In this document: positions 52,875 through 63,487 of the stretch, piece by piece
Layout of the letters: the number at the start of each line of letters is the position of its first letter
Position numbering within the stretch: position 1 is the stretch's first letter
IMG/VR virus record: IMGVR_UViG_3300037067_007090
Coordinates: 1 to 64,000 of that record
Direction: 5' to 3' (one strand)
Length of the DNA stretch: 64,000 nt
DNA from: a virus
Taxonomy: Duplodnaviria > Caudoviricetes
Position numbers and translations under genes: made by a program
Notes under the pieces: model-generated
The model's input: only the letters and a program-made list of their open reading frames with translations
What the model was told of the DNA's origin: nothing
Databases searched by the model: none

Positions 52875-55228
52875 TATCTTTGGAAAACACATTGTTCATT
52901 CCGCGCGCGCTTGAAAACAGAGTTAAACTCATTAAGTTAAAACAGAAATCCAAAATTCCCGACCAAGATACTTGGAGTGTCGAAAATAGCTTCTTCCCGA
53001 ATGATACAGAAATCATAGATCATGTATCTTCGGGAAAAAATTATGGTATAATCCCAATCAACAATACGATAGTAATTGATTGTGATACCGAAGAATTATA
53101 TTCGACAATCGGGGGACATTGGAAAAAAACACTTACTGTGATTACTGGGAGAAGTGGAGTTATCGGAAGACATTTGTTTTTCGATTGCCCCGACTCCCCA
53201 AAAGATAAAATATTAATAAATGATCCAAATAACCCAAAAATACAACTCGGGGATATAAGGGGCAGCGAATCGCCATTTTATACAGTTGGCGCTGGAAGCA
53301 TTCATCCAGATACCGAAAGAAAATATAAATATAAAGACCCGAATGCTTCTTTGATTTCTATATCTTGGAAAGATATTCAATCTGAATTGCTCGACAAATT
53401 CAAATTAAAAATCAAAGAAGAAATACCAGTCAAAACAAAAAACATTGCACAAAACCCGTTGACGAATAAACTAAATTTGCGAATAGAAAATTTCGCTATG
53501 CCAACCGGTAAAATCGAAAGGCGCGCAAATGGAGATATACAAGGCACGCATCCAATACATGGTTCCACTACAAAAATGAATTTTGCTATAAATTCGAATA
53601 AGAATGTCTTTCATTGTTATCGTCACGACGTTGGTGGCGACCCGATATCTTGGATAGCGTATGCACATTGTGGTGTTCCAGAAGAAGATTGTAATAAATT
53701 AACAGATGATCAATTTAAAGAAGTTGTTGAATGGTTACGTGACAATGGTTTTGAAAAGGAACTTAAAGAACTAGACGAAAAATATTCACCAAACTTAAAT
53801 GTAGAAATAATAGATGAAAGATCTATAAATAATATTATAAATCAAAAACCCCCTACTAAAACCACAACTACAAACAATCCACCAATTGTTGGTAACACAA
53901 TCGACATGGAAATAAAAGCTGCAAATGACAGATGTAAACTTCCAAATTTTCCCGAAATTGACGAAGGGTTATTTAAAGAATATATAGAATTAGGTAAACG
54001 AGTGTCATATTCTTTGCACGAATTTCACTTTGCGGCATTGCTTTCAATTGCATCAATGGCTATAAAAAGAAGAGTTCTTATACAAGTAGGGATGACAAAA
54101 ATTTATACTAATGTATTTGCAATGGTGGTCGGTCATACAACAATTAGTGGAAAGTCCGTAGCATGTAATATGGCCATCGATTCATTTTCCCAAGCAATCA
54201 TCCATGAAGAAAACTTAAATAAATTACAATCAACCAATCTTCTCCGTGGGACAATAAGCGAACCCGCACTTATTCAAGGATTGGATGAAACATATAATTC
54301 CCTTTGGTATTACGATGATTGCGCTGGATTTTTTGAAGATGCTGGTAATTGGAATGCACATGTTCTTGGAACATTATGCAGTTTATATGATTGCACTGCA
54401 ATTGAAAGAACGCTTTCAAAACGCGGAAAAAACGGGGAGAAATATAAATGGGAATGCCCAACACCATTTATGTCTATATTATTCAATACAACGAATAAAG
54501 ATATTGAAACTGTCGCAAGCGCACGGTTGTTTTCATCCGGATTTTTCCCACGATTAATGTGGTTTTATGGTCAGGGTGGAACACCGAGGAAGAACGAAAA
54601 TGTATCTGAAAGCGATAAGAAGATTACCAACAATGTGTTTAAAGAGATTGTTGGGTTAAGAACAAAACTTGAAATATATCCAGATGATGGTATTATATTT
54701 GGGGTATGCAACGAAATAGAAGATTGGAAACTTAACTCAACGCTTGGAAAACTTGGTGTTGAAGACGAATCATATAGAACATCAATTTCAAGAGGGTTTA
54801 TACATGCGTATAAAATTGCAGTGATCCTTACTATGGTCGATAAAGAATTCCAAAGAAAAAATATACCGGAAAGGTTAAAAAAACTTGAACCCGGTGAAAT
54901 ATATCAACCAATAGTGCTAACAATTCCCCATAAACACGCAATGATGGCAATAAAGATAGTAAACGATTATCTTATACCACGTATGATGTATGTATACGAT
55001 CTATGCAATAATTCGGATATGAAAAACCACCAAGTGATTGTAAGAAAGGCTATAATTGGATTTGGGGGTTCCGTGGAAAGAACCAAACTTTTAAAGAAGA
55101 CGCATCTTAACAGCAAAGACCTTAATACTGCATTGAATACTATGGTAGAATCTGGAGAAATAAAGATGTATGAGAATAAAAAGACTGGTAGCGATAAACC
55201 AACAACATTTGTTATCTTAAATGATTAG
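52871..55228 (+). CDS. primase-polymerase / helicase replication protein (prim-pol N-terminus, DUF3987-like ATPase C-terminus)
   Basis: NYGI...VIDCD...GRHLFF...GDIRG...VGAGSIHP; Zn-binding HP.HG...CYRH; GHTTISGKS P-loop variant. Confidence 0.75.
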   Translation: MISLENTLFIPRALENRVKLIKLKQKSKIPDQDTWSVENSFFPNDTEIIDHVSSGKNYGIIPINNTIVIDCDTEELYSTIGGHWKKTLTVITGRSGVIGRHLFFDCPDSPKDKILINDPNNPKIQLGDIRGSESPFYTVGAGSIHPDTERKYKYKDPNASLISISWKDIQSELLDKFKLKIKEEIPVKTKNIAQNPLTNKLNLRIENFAMPTGKIERRANGDIQGTHPIHGSTTKMNFAINSNKNVFHCYRHDVGGDPISWIAYAHCGVPEEDCNKLTDDQFKEVVEWLRDNGFEKELKELDEKYSPNLNVEIIDERSINNIINQKPPTKTTTTNNPPIVGNTIDMEIKAANDRCKLPNFPEIDEGLFKEYIELGKRVSYSLHEFHFAALLSIASMAIKRRVLIQVGMTKIYTNVFAMVVGHTTISGKSVACNMAIDSFSQAIIHEENLNKLQSTNLLRGTISEPALIQGLDETYNSLWYYDDCAGFFEDAGNWNAHVLGTLCSLYDCTAIERTLSKRGKNGEKYKWECPTPFMSILFNTTNKDIETVASARLFSSGFFPRLMWFYGQGGTPRKNENVSESDKKITNNVFKEIVGLRTKLEIYPDDGIIFGVCNEIEDWKLNSTLGKLGVEDESYRTSISRGFIHAYKIAVILTMVDKEFQRKNIPERLKKLEPGEIYQPIVLTIPHKHAMMAIKIVNDYLIPRMMYVYDLCNNSDMKNHQVIVRKAIIGFGGSVERTKLLKKTHLNSKDLNTALNTMVESGEIKMYENKKTGSDKPTTFVILND

Positions 55229-55563
55229 TGTTAAATAAATATAATTAACTTAATAACTTTTGTTTTACTTAATTATTTTTAATTAACTTATTAAACTACA
55301 TGTTCAATCATTATAAATAAATTTGATTTAACATGATTAATTATTATAATATATTGTAAATATATTTTATTTAACTTTTCATATTTATTAATCATTTCTA
55401 TTAAATAGCAAGTTCACAAAGTTCACAAAGTTCACAAAGTTCACAAAGAGTACGTAGTTATCATACCCTATTTTTTAACGTCGTAGTTACTTCTATAATA
55501 GATAGGGTCTGTGAACTTTGTGAATTTTGTGCGTTATGTGAGCTTTGTGCGTTTTGTGAACTT
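55229..55563. repeat. probable replication origin: AT-rich tract plus inverted 9-bp iteron arrays
   Basis: (AGTTCACAA)x4 at 55411-55446; six degenerate inverted copies TGTGAACTT at 55510-55563; AT-rich tract 55229-55410. Confidence 0.65.
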
Positions 55564-55810
55564 GGTAATACGTATACTCGTTTTCCATCGGAAATGATGG
55601 TTAAATAAATTTTTTAATACGCGCGTTGTTGCCAATGGAAAGCGCGGTTTCCCTATCAATTTTCAAAACCATGAACACTTACTCACAAAACAATAGAACC
55701 GAGAAATCTTACGCAGGTATTGCGGCTCTATGTTGATTTTGTTGTGGGTGTCGAAAATGGTTTTGCTTGTGTGGGAAAACTATATAATGTTTGAATGCGT
55801 ATAGTTTGGT

Positions 55811-56262
55811 ATGGAAGATAGTGTTGAAAATGCACAAAAAGTGCTTAACGAATTAAAGGAAGATATTAACGAGAGAATTAAAGGTCTCAGCAATATGATG
55901 CAGAAAGAATCTATCACCCCAACACAATTCGTGACAATTGCAGCAGTAAAAGGTGAACTTGAACGATTTATTGATGCTTACCCAGAACTTAAAAATTATT
56001 GAGGAGTGGTAATATGGTCGAAAAACTACACACAATCCACTACATCTGCGTCTGGAACTATGCCAACCTTCCAGACCCCATTAAGAGTTGGATGGAAAAA
56101 GAACACATTGCAAGAGATGACCTTGATTGGATTGCATTGGTTCCACCGTGTTACTCGGATGTATGGATTAATTGGTTAGAAGAACCAGTATTTGGTTGCT
56201 GCTCCGTAAAGACATATGATTTCGGTAAAGATCACAATCTCGTGTTTGGGTATCATGCATGA
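55811..56262 (+). CDS. two small hypothetical ORFs (55811-56002, about 56014-56262)
   Basis: Coupled ORFs after a TATA promoter. Confidence 0.45.
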
Positions 56263-57086
56263 AATTCCAATACGCATTTATTCTATGCATTTTATTCCTT
56301 CTCATTGTCGGTTGCACCCAAACCGTGCCTGCGCCCATAAATAACAACGGTAATCTTGCTGTTCACTTCATCGATGTTGGTCAAGGAGATTCAGAACTTG
56401 TCCGATTTCCCAATGGTGAAACAATGCTCGTGGATGCAGGCACAACGGATTCCGAAGTGTCGGAACTTGCGTATCTAAAGAAGATTGGTGTAACACACCT
56501 AGACGCAGTGGTTGCAACCCATCCGCATGTGGATCATATTGGTGGTATGGAATACATTATCACGAATGTTCCAACGTCTGAATACATTGATGGCGGATCA
56601 ACTTCCACAGAAAAAACTTATACTTCGTTGATGACTAAAATTCCCAACCACGTGATTGTTCGTCATGGAGATTCTATTGTTTTAGACCCAAACGTGTCTG
56701 TGAAAGTTTTGAGCAGTAAAGGATATGTTGATTCCGAAGATTTGAATGAACAGAGCGTGGTTTTACAAATCACGTATGGTAGAAATACATTCTTATTAAT
56801 GGGAGATGCCGGATACCCGATTGAAACTAAACTTGTGACGAGTGGCGATGAATTAGGCGCGGATGTTTTGAAGGTTGGGCATCACGGAAGTTCAACGGCG
56901 AGTAGTGTGCAATTTTTAAATGCCATCGTGCCAAGATATGCGGTGATTGAAGTTGGAGCGAATAATAAATACGGACACCCGACGAAACAAACACTGGCGC
57001 GGTTGGAAAAGGTGAAAGTGTATAGAACGGATTTGGGTGGGACGATAGTTATAAGTAGTAATGGGGATAATATAAGTGTGATATGA
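56259..57086 (+). CDS. ComEC/Rec2-like metallo-beta-lactamase-fold lipoprotein
   Basis: Lipobox LIVGC; FIDVGQGD, VDAG, THPHVDHIGG, LLMGD, KVGHHGS, YGHP, RTD..GTI. Confidence 0.9.
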   Translation: MKFQYAFILCILFLLIVGCTQTVPAPINNNGNLAVHFIDVGQGDSELVRFPNGETMLVDAGTTDSEVSELAYLKKIGVTHLDAVVATHPHVDHIGGMEYIITNVPTSEYIDGGSTSTEKTYTSLMTKIPNHVIVRHGDSIVLDPNVSVKVLSSKGYVDSEDLNEQSVVLQITYGRNTFLLMGDAGYPIETKLVTSGDELGADVLKVGHHGSSTASSVQFLNAIVPRYAVIEVGANNKYGHPTKQTLARLEKVKVYRTDLGGTIVISSNGDNISVI

Positions 57087-57087
57087 A

Positions 57088-58411
57088 ATGACCTGCCCAA
57101 ATGCTCCATATGGAATAGTAGACTCCGCATACATCGAAGGTGTTGAAAAATACGCTGGCAAAAAGTTCACGCGCATTGGAAAGTTCAATCTTGAACTCTT
57201 GTGCGAGACATTAGAAAAGGTATGCGCGGAAACTTCTGGAGAAGTAGAGTTACTTTCGTTATCCGATATCGAAATGCCTATGGGTGGAAAGGCAGGTATG
57301 TTTGTGATTAAGTATGATGGGGAGAATTATATTGCGTTGGCTGGGGTGAGGGAATGACTCCAAAAGACGCAGATGATTTAAAACAGATGGACGCTTCGAT
57401 AGAAAATCACATCCGACGAATTGAACGATTAAAAACTTTAAAAGAAGTATATGATCGTTTAGAAGGAATGTCATATCAAGATTTCGAAAGTGGGTGCAAA
57501 CACGCTGTTGTAGATTGGTCGGATATTGATTGTTTGTTTGCAGAGTTAGGAGGAGAGGAATAAACTATGATAACGATCAACGAACTTGAAAATTATTACG
57601 TTTATAATCAACCAATATCAGAAAGAAGTAGAATCAATGGTGTTATCAAAGTTGACGAAACCGCGTGGAAATCAGAAACTGATTTTAATGGGCCGGTGAA
57701 AAAATGAGTGACGCATTATCGGATATTCGAAAAGCAGATCGTAATAGACCGAGATATTCACAAGTTGAATATGAAGATGCTATTAGAAAGGCGAGAGAAG
57801 AGGAAAGGAATAAATGTCCAACATTCGACAGTATTGCTAACGAAATACGTTTAACTGACGCCGGATATGTTAAATGCAAATTTGATGGTAAGTGCGAGTG
57901 TGACACGTGTGGAAAGAAAAGTAAAGAACTTTATACACATCTTGATTGGGAAACAAACGAATCTGACGGTTGGGTTTGTCCAGATTGTGCTTTTAAAGTA
58001 TTACGCGATGCGCGCACCGAATCGTTCTTGTTTAATCAAGAAATAGAAAATGATCACATAAAAGAAATACAAAAAGAAGCAAATCCGTTTAATAGATCGT
58101 GTTTAGGAAATATTCATGACTGCCCATGTGAAGACGAATGCGGTGCAAAAAGCGATTGTTTTAAATTTGCCAATATTATAAATAAACACGAAATAATATC
58201 TACCCACTGTGGTTATGAGAAGGCATTAAGTGATATGAAAAATCGTGCCGATTGCGGATTTTATATTAAAGGGGTTTCGGACACGCTGGAAGGTAGGATT
58301 TATAAAACTATAGAATTACTTCAAAATTCTAATATGATGGATTCTGAAGAGCAGTGCAAAATGTGTGAAGAACAACTCGGTTCTGCATATTGCATAGGAT
58401 GTAAAGAATGA
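57088..58411 (+). CDS. run of hypothetical ORFs (57088-57357, 57354-57563, 57704-58411 Cys-rich)
   Basis: Coupled ORFs; multiple CxxC. Confidence 0.5.
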
Positions 58412-58609
58412 AATAAAAACTAAAAGTTGGCGGGACGCTGCCCGCCTATTGTATCGATTGTGGAGATTTGTTGTGTGGTATGGTTTTCTTCTAACCTCGG
58501 TTTGTTTTAGGAGTGCCGACCCACTCCATGAAAAGATAGTTTGTTCTTATTAATAAACTTTTCGGTTAGAAGGAAAGGTATTTAAAGTTAAAACGCATAT
58601 AATATTGCC

Positions 58610-59158
58610 ATGAGAAAATATTGTGCTATGGTAGATGTTGACAACACCCTCTTCGATTTCGCCACGCCATTATACGAAATGTTTATAAAGGATGGAATTA
58701 ATATTTCACCACCCACAGAATGGAATATTTGGGATTATTTTTATCCCGAGTACATGACCAGCAAAGTAGCGCACGAGTATTTCAACAATGTGCATTCACA
58801 TCAATTGGAATACGAGCCATTTGAAGATGCGCGCGTATTTTTGAGAGATTTGATGATGTATTATAAAGTGGTAATTGTATCTCATAGGCGACCGCACCAC
58901 TGTGGCATTCTAAAAGAATGGTTAGATATTAACCATTTGTCATATGATGAAGTTAAATGTTCAAACGATAAAACTAAAATGTTTGACAAAGATGTTTTCG
59001 ATGTGGTTATTGATGATTGCCCTATGACACTAACGGCGGCGAAAAATGCAGGCATTGTTGGTTACGGATTGATTCGTCCGTGGAATGTTGGATGTAAAGA
59101 CGGGGTGTTATTGTCTACATTGACGGAGATTGGGAAGTGTGGGGGTTGGATAGAATGA
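58610..59158 (+). CDS. HAD-family 5'(3')-deoxyribonucleotidase (NT5C-like)
   Basis: VDVDNTL motif I, VSHR, K, IDDCP motif IV. Confidence 0.85.
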   Translation: MRKYCAMVDVDNTLFDFATPLYEMFIKDGINISPPTEWNIWDYFYPEYMTSKVAHEYFNNVHSHQLEYEPFEDARVFLRDLMMYYKVVIVSHRRPHHCGILKEWLDINHLSYDEVKCSNDKTKMFDKDVFDVVIDDCPMTLTAAKNAGIVGYGLIRPWNVGCKDGVLLSTLTEIGKCGGWIE

Positions 59159-59427
59159 CTCGTGCGGATTATTGGAATCAACAGATAGCATTTGACTGCC
59201 CAATTACAAAGAAGCGACATACTTTAAATGATTGCTTTCATAGATGTCAAGAGAATGGTTTTGAATATTTAGAATCTAATAAAAGGGTAGAGGCATTTTT
59301 ATATTGTTGTTTAGATTCGCAAGAAAGGTTTTTACATGACGGAAAGGTTAGGAGAGATCTTTGAACTGTAAGATAATATCTAATAGTTGGGTTATCACCA
59401 CAGTGTGATAATCAGAAGAATATATTA

Positions 59428-59700
59428 GTGATAATAATGCTAGACAAATATAAACGCTACCACATCGGACGTATAATCCGCGCGACCAATAATCTATTTA
59501 AAGAGCCAGATTCCATCTGCCATAAGTGTCACAACGTGGAAGGCGATTTAAATTGTTTCTTTTGTTTTTGTCCGCTATACGAAGAATATGAGTGTGGTGG
59601 CGATTATGTTATTCTGAATAACGGGTTGAAGGATTGTTCGGGTTGTTTGAGACCACACATGAAGGAGTTTATTGAGGAGCAACTTTTAAAAATAATGTAA
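59428..59700 (+). CDS. cysteine-rich small domain (zf-like) protein
   Basis: CHKCH...NCFFCFCPLY...CGG...KDCSGCLRPH. Confidence 0.8.
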   Translation: MIIMLDKYKRYHIGRIIRATNNLFKEPDSICHKCHNVEGDLNCFFCFCPLYEEYECGGDYVILNNGLKDCSGCLRPHMKEFIEEQLLKIM

Positions 59701-59747
59701 TGTTGGAAAAGTATATATACTTTAAAAACAATAATGTATGTGTTGGA

Positions 59748-59820
59748 GTTCGCATAGCACAATTGGTAGTGCGTCGGGATTGCAATCCGAAGGTTGGGGG
59801 TTCAACTCCCCCTGCGAACT
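59748..59820 (+). tRNA. tRNA with TGC anticodon (nominally Ala) lacking G3:U70
   Basis: GTTCGCA/TGCGAAC acceptor, GCAC D stem, TCGGG-ATTGCAA-TCCGA, GGGGG-TTCAACT-CCCCC; TATA at 59711-59728. Confidence 0.75.
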
Positions 59821-60001
59821 CCTTCATCTTGTGTTCCGCATACACATGAAACCTGCGGTGGAGTTCGCAATAAAATTGGGCATCTCGCGGTTCATATCCG
59901 TGTGATGCTCTTATCAAGTGCACGAAAATAGATAAAATCGTGCATTATAATGTTTGGAGTGCACGAAACTTTTAAATACTATAAAATAGAATTAACAGAG
60001 A

Positions 60002-60622
60002 ATGTTACCAAAAACTTTATATATAACAATTTTAGTAATCACGATTTTCGCCGCCGGTTGCACCTCCGTTCAACCAACCGTAGTAGAAAATGTGCCTACT
60101 CCGGTTGCGGTCACACAGACATACGTGACCATTACAGATACACCAACCGAAATACCGGGCCCTGCACCCACGAATGATATGGGCGCGTGCTTCAACCGAT
60201 CAGACTCGGTGTATCCGGATTATTGTTACGACTACTATTATTGGGTCAAACCAACAACTACACCCGTGGGTATGGGATATACTGCTAAAGTGTGGCAAAA
60301 TTCGTCGTGCGTTTATAGGAACCGGACGAGTGATGAATGCGAAATGTGGGGGGATGATTCTTGGACGGCGATCTTCATGAAAAATCTGACGGTGGTTAGG
60401 AATATTAGTGGAATTAACATTACAGAGGTCGTTGCAGCCGCGTCTTACTACAATGATACGTGGGGGTTGAACGTGGTGAATGGAGCCGACTTTAATAGTT
60501 TTGTAAAGGCATACTGGAATGGAATTTACCCCGATGTGAAATATGATAAAAGTTTATTTGCGCCGGATAAGAATGTTAGCGTGGTTGTAACAAATGCGAC
60601 CTTCAATCCTGCTGCGTTTTAG
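60002..60622 (+). CDS. lipoprotein with Pro/Thr-rich linker
   Basis: Lipobox FAAGC; PT-rich stalk; several N-x-S/T sequons. Confidence 0.7.
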   Translation: MLPKTLYITILVITIFAAGCTSVQPTVVENVPTPVAVTQTYVTITDTPTEIPGPAPTNDMGACFNRSDSVYPDYCYDYYYWVKPTTTPVGMGYTAKVWQNSSCVYRNRTSDECEMWGDDSWTAIFMKNLTVVRNISGINITEVVAAASYYNDTWGLNVVNGADFNSFVKAYWNGIYPDVKYDKSLFAPDKNVSVVVTNATFNPAAF

Positions 60623-60724
60623 AAACGGAATAAATGGGATTTTAGATATTTTTTGTTATTTTTATATAGAAACATTTATATACTATCAATTACAATATTG
60701 TAACACACTTTGATAAAGTGATTT

Positions 60725-60805
60725 TGTAATGCAATGTGATGTGATGTGTTGTCATGTTCTGTATTGTTTTGTGATGTAATGTTATCTGGCGTATTGTAAT
60801 GTTTT
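60725..60805. repeat. degenerate 5-nt period repeat (TGTNN)n
   Basis: ...ATGTG ATGTG ATGTG TTGTC ATGTT CTGTA TTGTT TTGTG ATGTA ATGTT... Confidence 0.6.
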
Positions 60806-62338
60806 CTACTGTATGGATCGAGTGAGATTTAATATCTCACTCTCATTTTTACGTTCGTACAGACTCCATGCTCCGGAAAAAACTTCTGTATATTCGTCAT
60901 TTACCCTTTTTACAATATTTTTCTTCTCGATGGAATCTAATCCAAACCAACCATCCGCTTTCCCCAAAGGTCCATCTGCGAGGATATATCTATTAGAATA
61001 GTTCATAATACACATATATTCTTCTTTGTATGCCGGCAACGTACTTACAATTGTTCGGTTTGGATTCATTCTCTGTATAACTAATGGTGCGACGTAGCGG
61101 CAACTACTATTCGTAGAAAAATAGTACGGAGCCGATCCCGTATCGAGATACAAAAGTGTATTTTCTTTAGATAAATTAAACTTTATTTCAATTGCATTTG
61201 CATTTTCATTGAAATAATTGTTCATCTTCAACTCCTGAACGCCGTAATTTTGTTCTAGACCCCAGATTGGTTGTGGACTATAAAGAATGCACCACATTGC
61301 GAATAGAACGAGGATTGATGCGGATACAACATTTTCGCGCTTAATTTTTTTAGTTATCCCTCTTTCCCTTGGTGTGTCTATCTCGTAAAGCACAATACCG
61401 ACGATGGCAGGGAGAAGAAAAACGTAATACTGGTACGCAAAACTCTCGCTTTGATAAAAAACCACAAATAACGGGGCTAAAAATGAAATTACAAACCATT
61501 TTGCGCGCGGATCGCGAATATGATTTTTTAACCACACGCCACTGTATATAATTCCGATGCCAATACAGGGAATATATATACTCATCGAGATTACTGTTGC
61601 AATACCGGTTACTCCGATTTGCCCTATCCAATCATATTCACCCACGTGACTTAAAATTGGAGCCATGAGAATGTCAGGGATAATTTGTGGCCATACAAAA
61701 ATATCTGCCGCGAGGAATGCCAAACCCATTAATATGAAACCAATCACACCACGAATCAAATCTATATGTTTATTAAAAATCAATACGATACACACGGCGG
61801 AAACTATAAGGCACCCCGTTGTGCCTTTAACCAACAATACCCAAATTAAAAGTGCGCCGGCGATATAGTGCCAAAGATTACTCTTCTCCACGAAGAGCGC
61901 GCATGAAATCATTGCGAAAATAATTGCTAAAAATTCAGCCTGTAAAATATTTAAATTGAGCGCGCAGAACATTCCGAAGAAGCAGAGGAGGAACGAGTAT
62001 TTTACCTTTAATATATTTTTTGAAAATAACCACGATGCAAAAATAACTAAAGCGACCGCAACACATTTAATTATCGGTTCCTGTAAGGCGTGATTTGAGA
62101 ATGGGACAAAGATATTAGTAAACAACGCAATGAGAAATTCACATATGTGATTCCCAACCGGTTTTATTTCCCAAAAACCGCCGTAAACATTTTGTGGGAA
62201 TGATAGGTATTTTATCCCTAATTCCTCAATTCCGTAAAAAATCCGAACGTCATTAGTAAGAGGCGAAAGTATAGAACCAACTGCCACTATTGGAAACATT
62301 ATAAAATATAACAACTTCTCGAAAATCGTAAACGCCAT
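60806..62338 (-). CDS. multi-pass membrane protein, GT-C (ArnT/PMT-like) glycosyltransferase candidate
   Basis: About 10 TM helices, N-terminal D...F...G...Y...WEIKP.G loop, soluble C-terminal domain. Confidence 0.55.
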   Translation of the reverse strand: MAFTIFEKLLYFIMFPIVAVGSILSPLTNDVRIFYGIEELGIKYLSFPQNVYGGFWEIKPVGNHICEFLIALFTNIFVPFSNHALQEPIIKCVAVALVIFASWLFSKNILKVKYSFLLCFFGMFCALNLNILQAEFLAIIFAMISCALFVEKSNLWHYIAGALLIWVLLVKGTTGCLIVSAVCIVLIFNKHIDLIRGVIGFILMGLAFLAADIFVWPQIIPDILMAPILSHVGEYDWIGQIGVTGIATVISMSIYIPCIGIGIIYSGVWLKNHIRDPRAKWFVISFLAPLFVVFYQSESFAYQYYVFLLPAIVGIVLYEIDTPRERGITKKIKRENVVSASILVLFAMWCILYSPQPIWGLEQNYGVQELKMNNYFNENANAIEIKFNLSKENTLLYLDTGSAPYYFSTNSSCRYVAPLVIQRMNPNRTIVSTLPAYKEEYMCIMNYSNRYILADGPLGKADGWFGLDSIEKKNIVKRVNDEYTEVFSGAWSLYERKNESEILNLTRSIQ

Positions 62339-62389
62339 TATTTAGTATGTGTTCGGAAAGTATTTATAGGTTTGCGACAATATACTATT

Positions 62390-63117
62390 ATGAAGATTTG
62401 GAAAGTTGTTTTGGTATTGATAGCAGTGCTACTGTTTTGTGGAGTTGTATCCGCGTGTGATTCTTCATACACAAATTATGGAAATGGGGTATTGTATTTT
62501 CATAAAGCGTTTGGATATACGCCACAAATTGGATGTAATTATCTAGAAGCAGGTGCAAGTATGTCGCAATATCTTGCAGATCATCCAGAGAAACATATTG
62601 TATCTATTGTCCCCGATGCATATATTGGATACGGGTTGACCGGTGGATTTTATGTTATTGTAGAAAATAAAAGTGTTGGTAAGATGGATTGCGAACCCAA
62701 TAGTGCATTGGGGGGATTTGGAACCACGGTTTTTAATTATACTTGTATAGAGGAGTAATTAATATGCCATCCGGAAACGAAACAATATTAGTAATACTGG
62801 TGTTATTGATTGGTGGAGCGATTGGTGCATACGCAATTATGTATCAATCAACACCAACATCCACAGCACCAATGAATATAACCATCGTAGAAAAATATTC
62901 TGTCCATTCGTATCAAGAACAATGTGGTGGCGGCAAAGCAGCAGGTATGAAATGTACTTACACAGACCCACCAAAAATTATCGATGATAAAGGGGACTTG
63001 TATATAGTGCAGAATGAAGACGACTGGGCTAAAATGCAGATAAACAAAACGTATAATGTGCAATATGCAAGTTATCCAAACGTGCAGAAGGGAAAGATTG
63101 TTGGGATTAATTATTAA
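62390..63117 (+). CDS. two exported proteins (62390-62758, 62764-63117)
   Basis: N-terminal signal/TM segments. Confidence 0.55.
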
Positions 63118-63415
63118 AAACCCCACCGACTTCACCCTAGGCATCCTACTCGCTCTAGTCTTTGCACTAGACATTGCCACAACCCAGAGATTTGCCTTTC
63201 AACCGGAATTGGGTTTGAAGGAAACCCTATAATGCGCGCGGTCGTGGATAATTCGTTGTTGATAATTGCTGCAAAAGGCGTGGCATTAGGTTTAACTATT
63301 TACATTGTGAATAAGTTTAAAGATCATTTTCCTAGTTGGATCGGTCACTTTGGAATGTCGTGGTTATTGGAATTACTTGGGTGCGGTCATAAATAATTTG
63401 TTGGTGATTTTTTAG
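63113..63415 (+). pseudogene. frameshifted DUF5658-like membrane protein
   Basis: Fragments across frames: LDIATT / EICLSTGIGFEGNPIM...AKG / VVVIGITW / AVINNLLVIF*; may be assembly indels. Confidence 0.45.
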
Positions 63416-63487
63416 GACAAATTGTAAATTGGGTTTCCAATCCGCCCAACCAAAACCTTTATCATCTTTCAAAACGTATATGATAAG

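Noticed and set aside
55411-55563. CRISPR array
   Set aside because: Units are 9 bp, abutting and spacer-less; no cas operon (the Cas4-like gene sits in a recombination module).
58425-58530. Two short GC hairpins (GGCGGG/CCCGCC, GGAGTG/CACTCC) as an ncRNA
   Set aside because: Adequately explained as terminator-like structures after an operon; no further support.
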